Shown here in pieces: positions 63,659-64,000 of a DNA stretch of 64,000 nt. Position 1 is the first letter of the stretch. Every line of letters begins with the position of its first letter. Where the stretch lies: NCBI GenBank assembly GCA_938075585.1, contig CALJHG010000004.1, positions 9,311 through 73,310 of the forward strand, in the 5' to 3' direction. Under the pieces are notes generated by a model that saw only the letters and a program-made list of their open reading frames with translations, did not search any database and was not told the origin of the DNA. Origin of the DNA: an uncultured Gammaproteobacteria bacterium (GTDB lineage Bacteria > Pseudomonadota > Gammaproteobacteria > Ga0077536). The translations under genes were made by a program, and so were the position numbers.

Positions 63659-64000
63659 TCACTTTAACTAACTTGTGAAAAATCATCATTTTAATGAATA
63701 ATTAACTGATTATTATAGCATAAAGCGTTAAACTATTGAGGGTAAGATTTCAAGGTTACTATAGTTTTGCAAAAGAAAATAAATACTTCTGAACGGCGAT
63801 TTCTCGACAAGCATTGGCGACAAATGTTTTTGTTCTCTTGTCTTCGAAAGCAGAGAGGAGATGTCTTTAAATCTCCGGGTTTTTTTTACAGTTTTAGGGG
63901 GTAGCAGAGTTTCGATGGATGAGTCACCCGATTTTGCACCTTCTAATGCGTTTGCCAAAGTAGAGGGTACTCTTCTAACAGAAGCGCCTAAGGACCTTTA

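Noticed and set aside
63915-64000. Possible 5' end of a plus-strand gene (MDESPDFAPSNAFAKVEGTLLTEAPKDL...) at the right edge of the window.
   Set aside because: Only 28 codons are visible. There is no recognisable motif, and the Shine-Dalgarno spacing is poor. Too little to call.

Overview
This 64-kb window reads as a low-GC, marine-type gammaproteobacterial chromosome segment that is densely coding and almost entirely housekeeping. I found no CRISPR array, no IS or transposon, and no integrase.

Recognisable core blocks, in order:
- argG (5' end, truncated at the window edge)
- thiolase
- ppsR and ppsA as a divergent pair
- nadC
- ppiB-lpxH followed by a tRNA cluster Pro-Arg-His-Lys
- rmuC
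- tRNA-Leu, then tig-clpP-clpX-lon-hupB, tRNA-Val and tRNA-Asp, then ppiD
- fabI
- a YejABEF-type peptide ABC importer followed by a MATE pump
- gor, fumC, ilvD, argA, clpS-clpA, aceB-aceA (the glyoxylate shunt), dapE, and a bolA-like gene

The most interesting signal is a pair of thioredoxin-fold genes that each carry an in-frame TGA exactly at the active-site cysteine position. One is a periplasmic peroxiredoxin, where the universal PxxxTxxC motif reads PxxxTxxU. The other is a multidomain AhpC/TSA-redoxin protein, where the WCxxC-type motif reads W-U-G-C. In both genes a stem-loop lies 14-16 nt downstream of the TGA, and both loops contain CGUG. That fits bacterial SECIS elements, so both are candidate selenoproteins that the ORF track splits into two ORFs each.

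Other thiol-redox items in the window:
- a VKOR membrane protein fused to a thioredoxin-like domain, which would act as a DsbB analogue
- a three-domain fusion of a CGFS glutaredoxin, a cysteine-less IscA-like domain, and a rhodanese domain
- gor

Smaller oddities: lpxH has no canonical start codon that keeps its N-terminal metal-binding motif, there is an egtD-like methyltransferase with no egtB nearby, and the Yej substrate-binding protein has a C-terminal membrane anchor.
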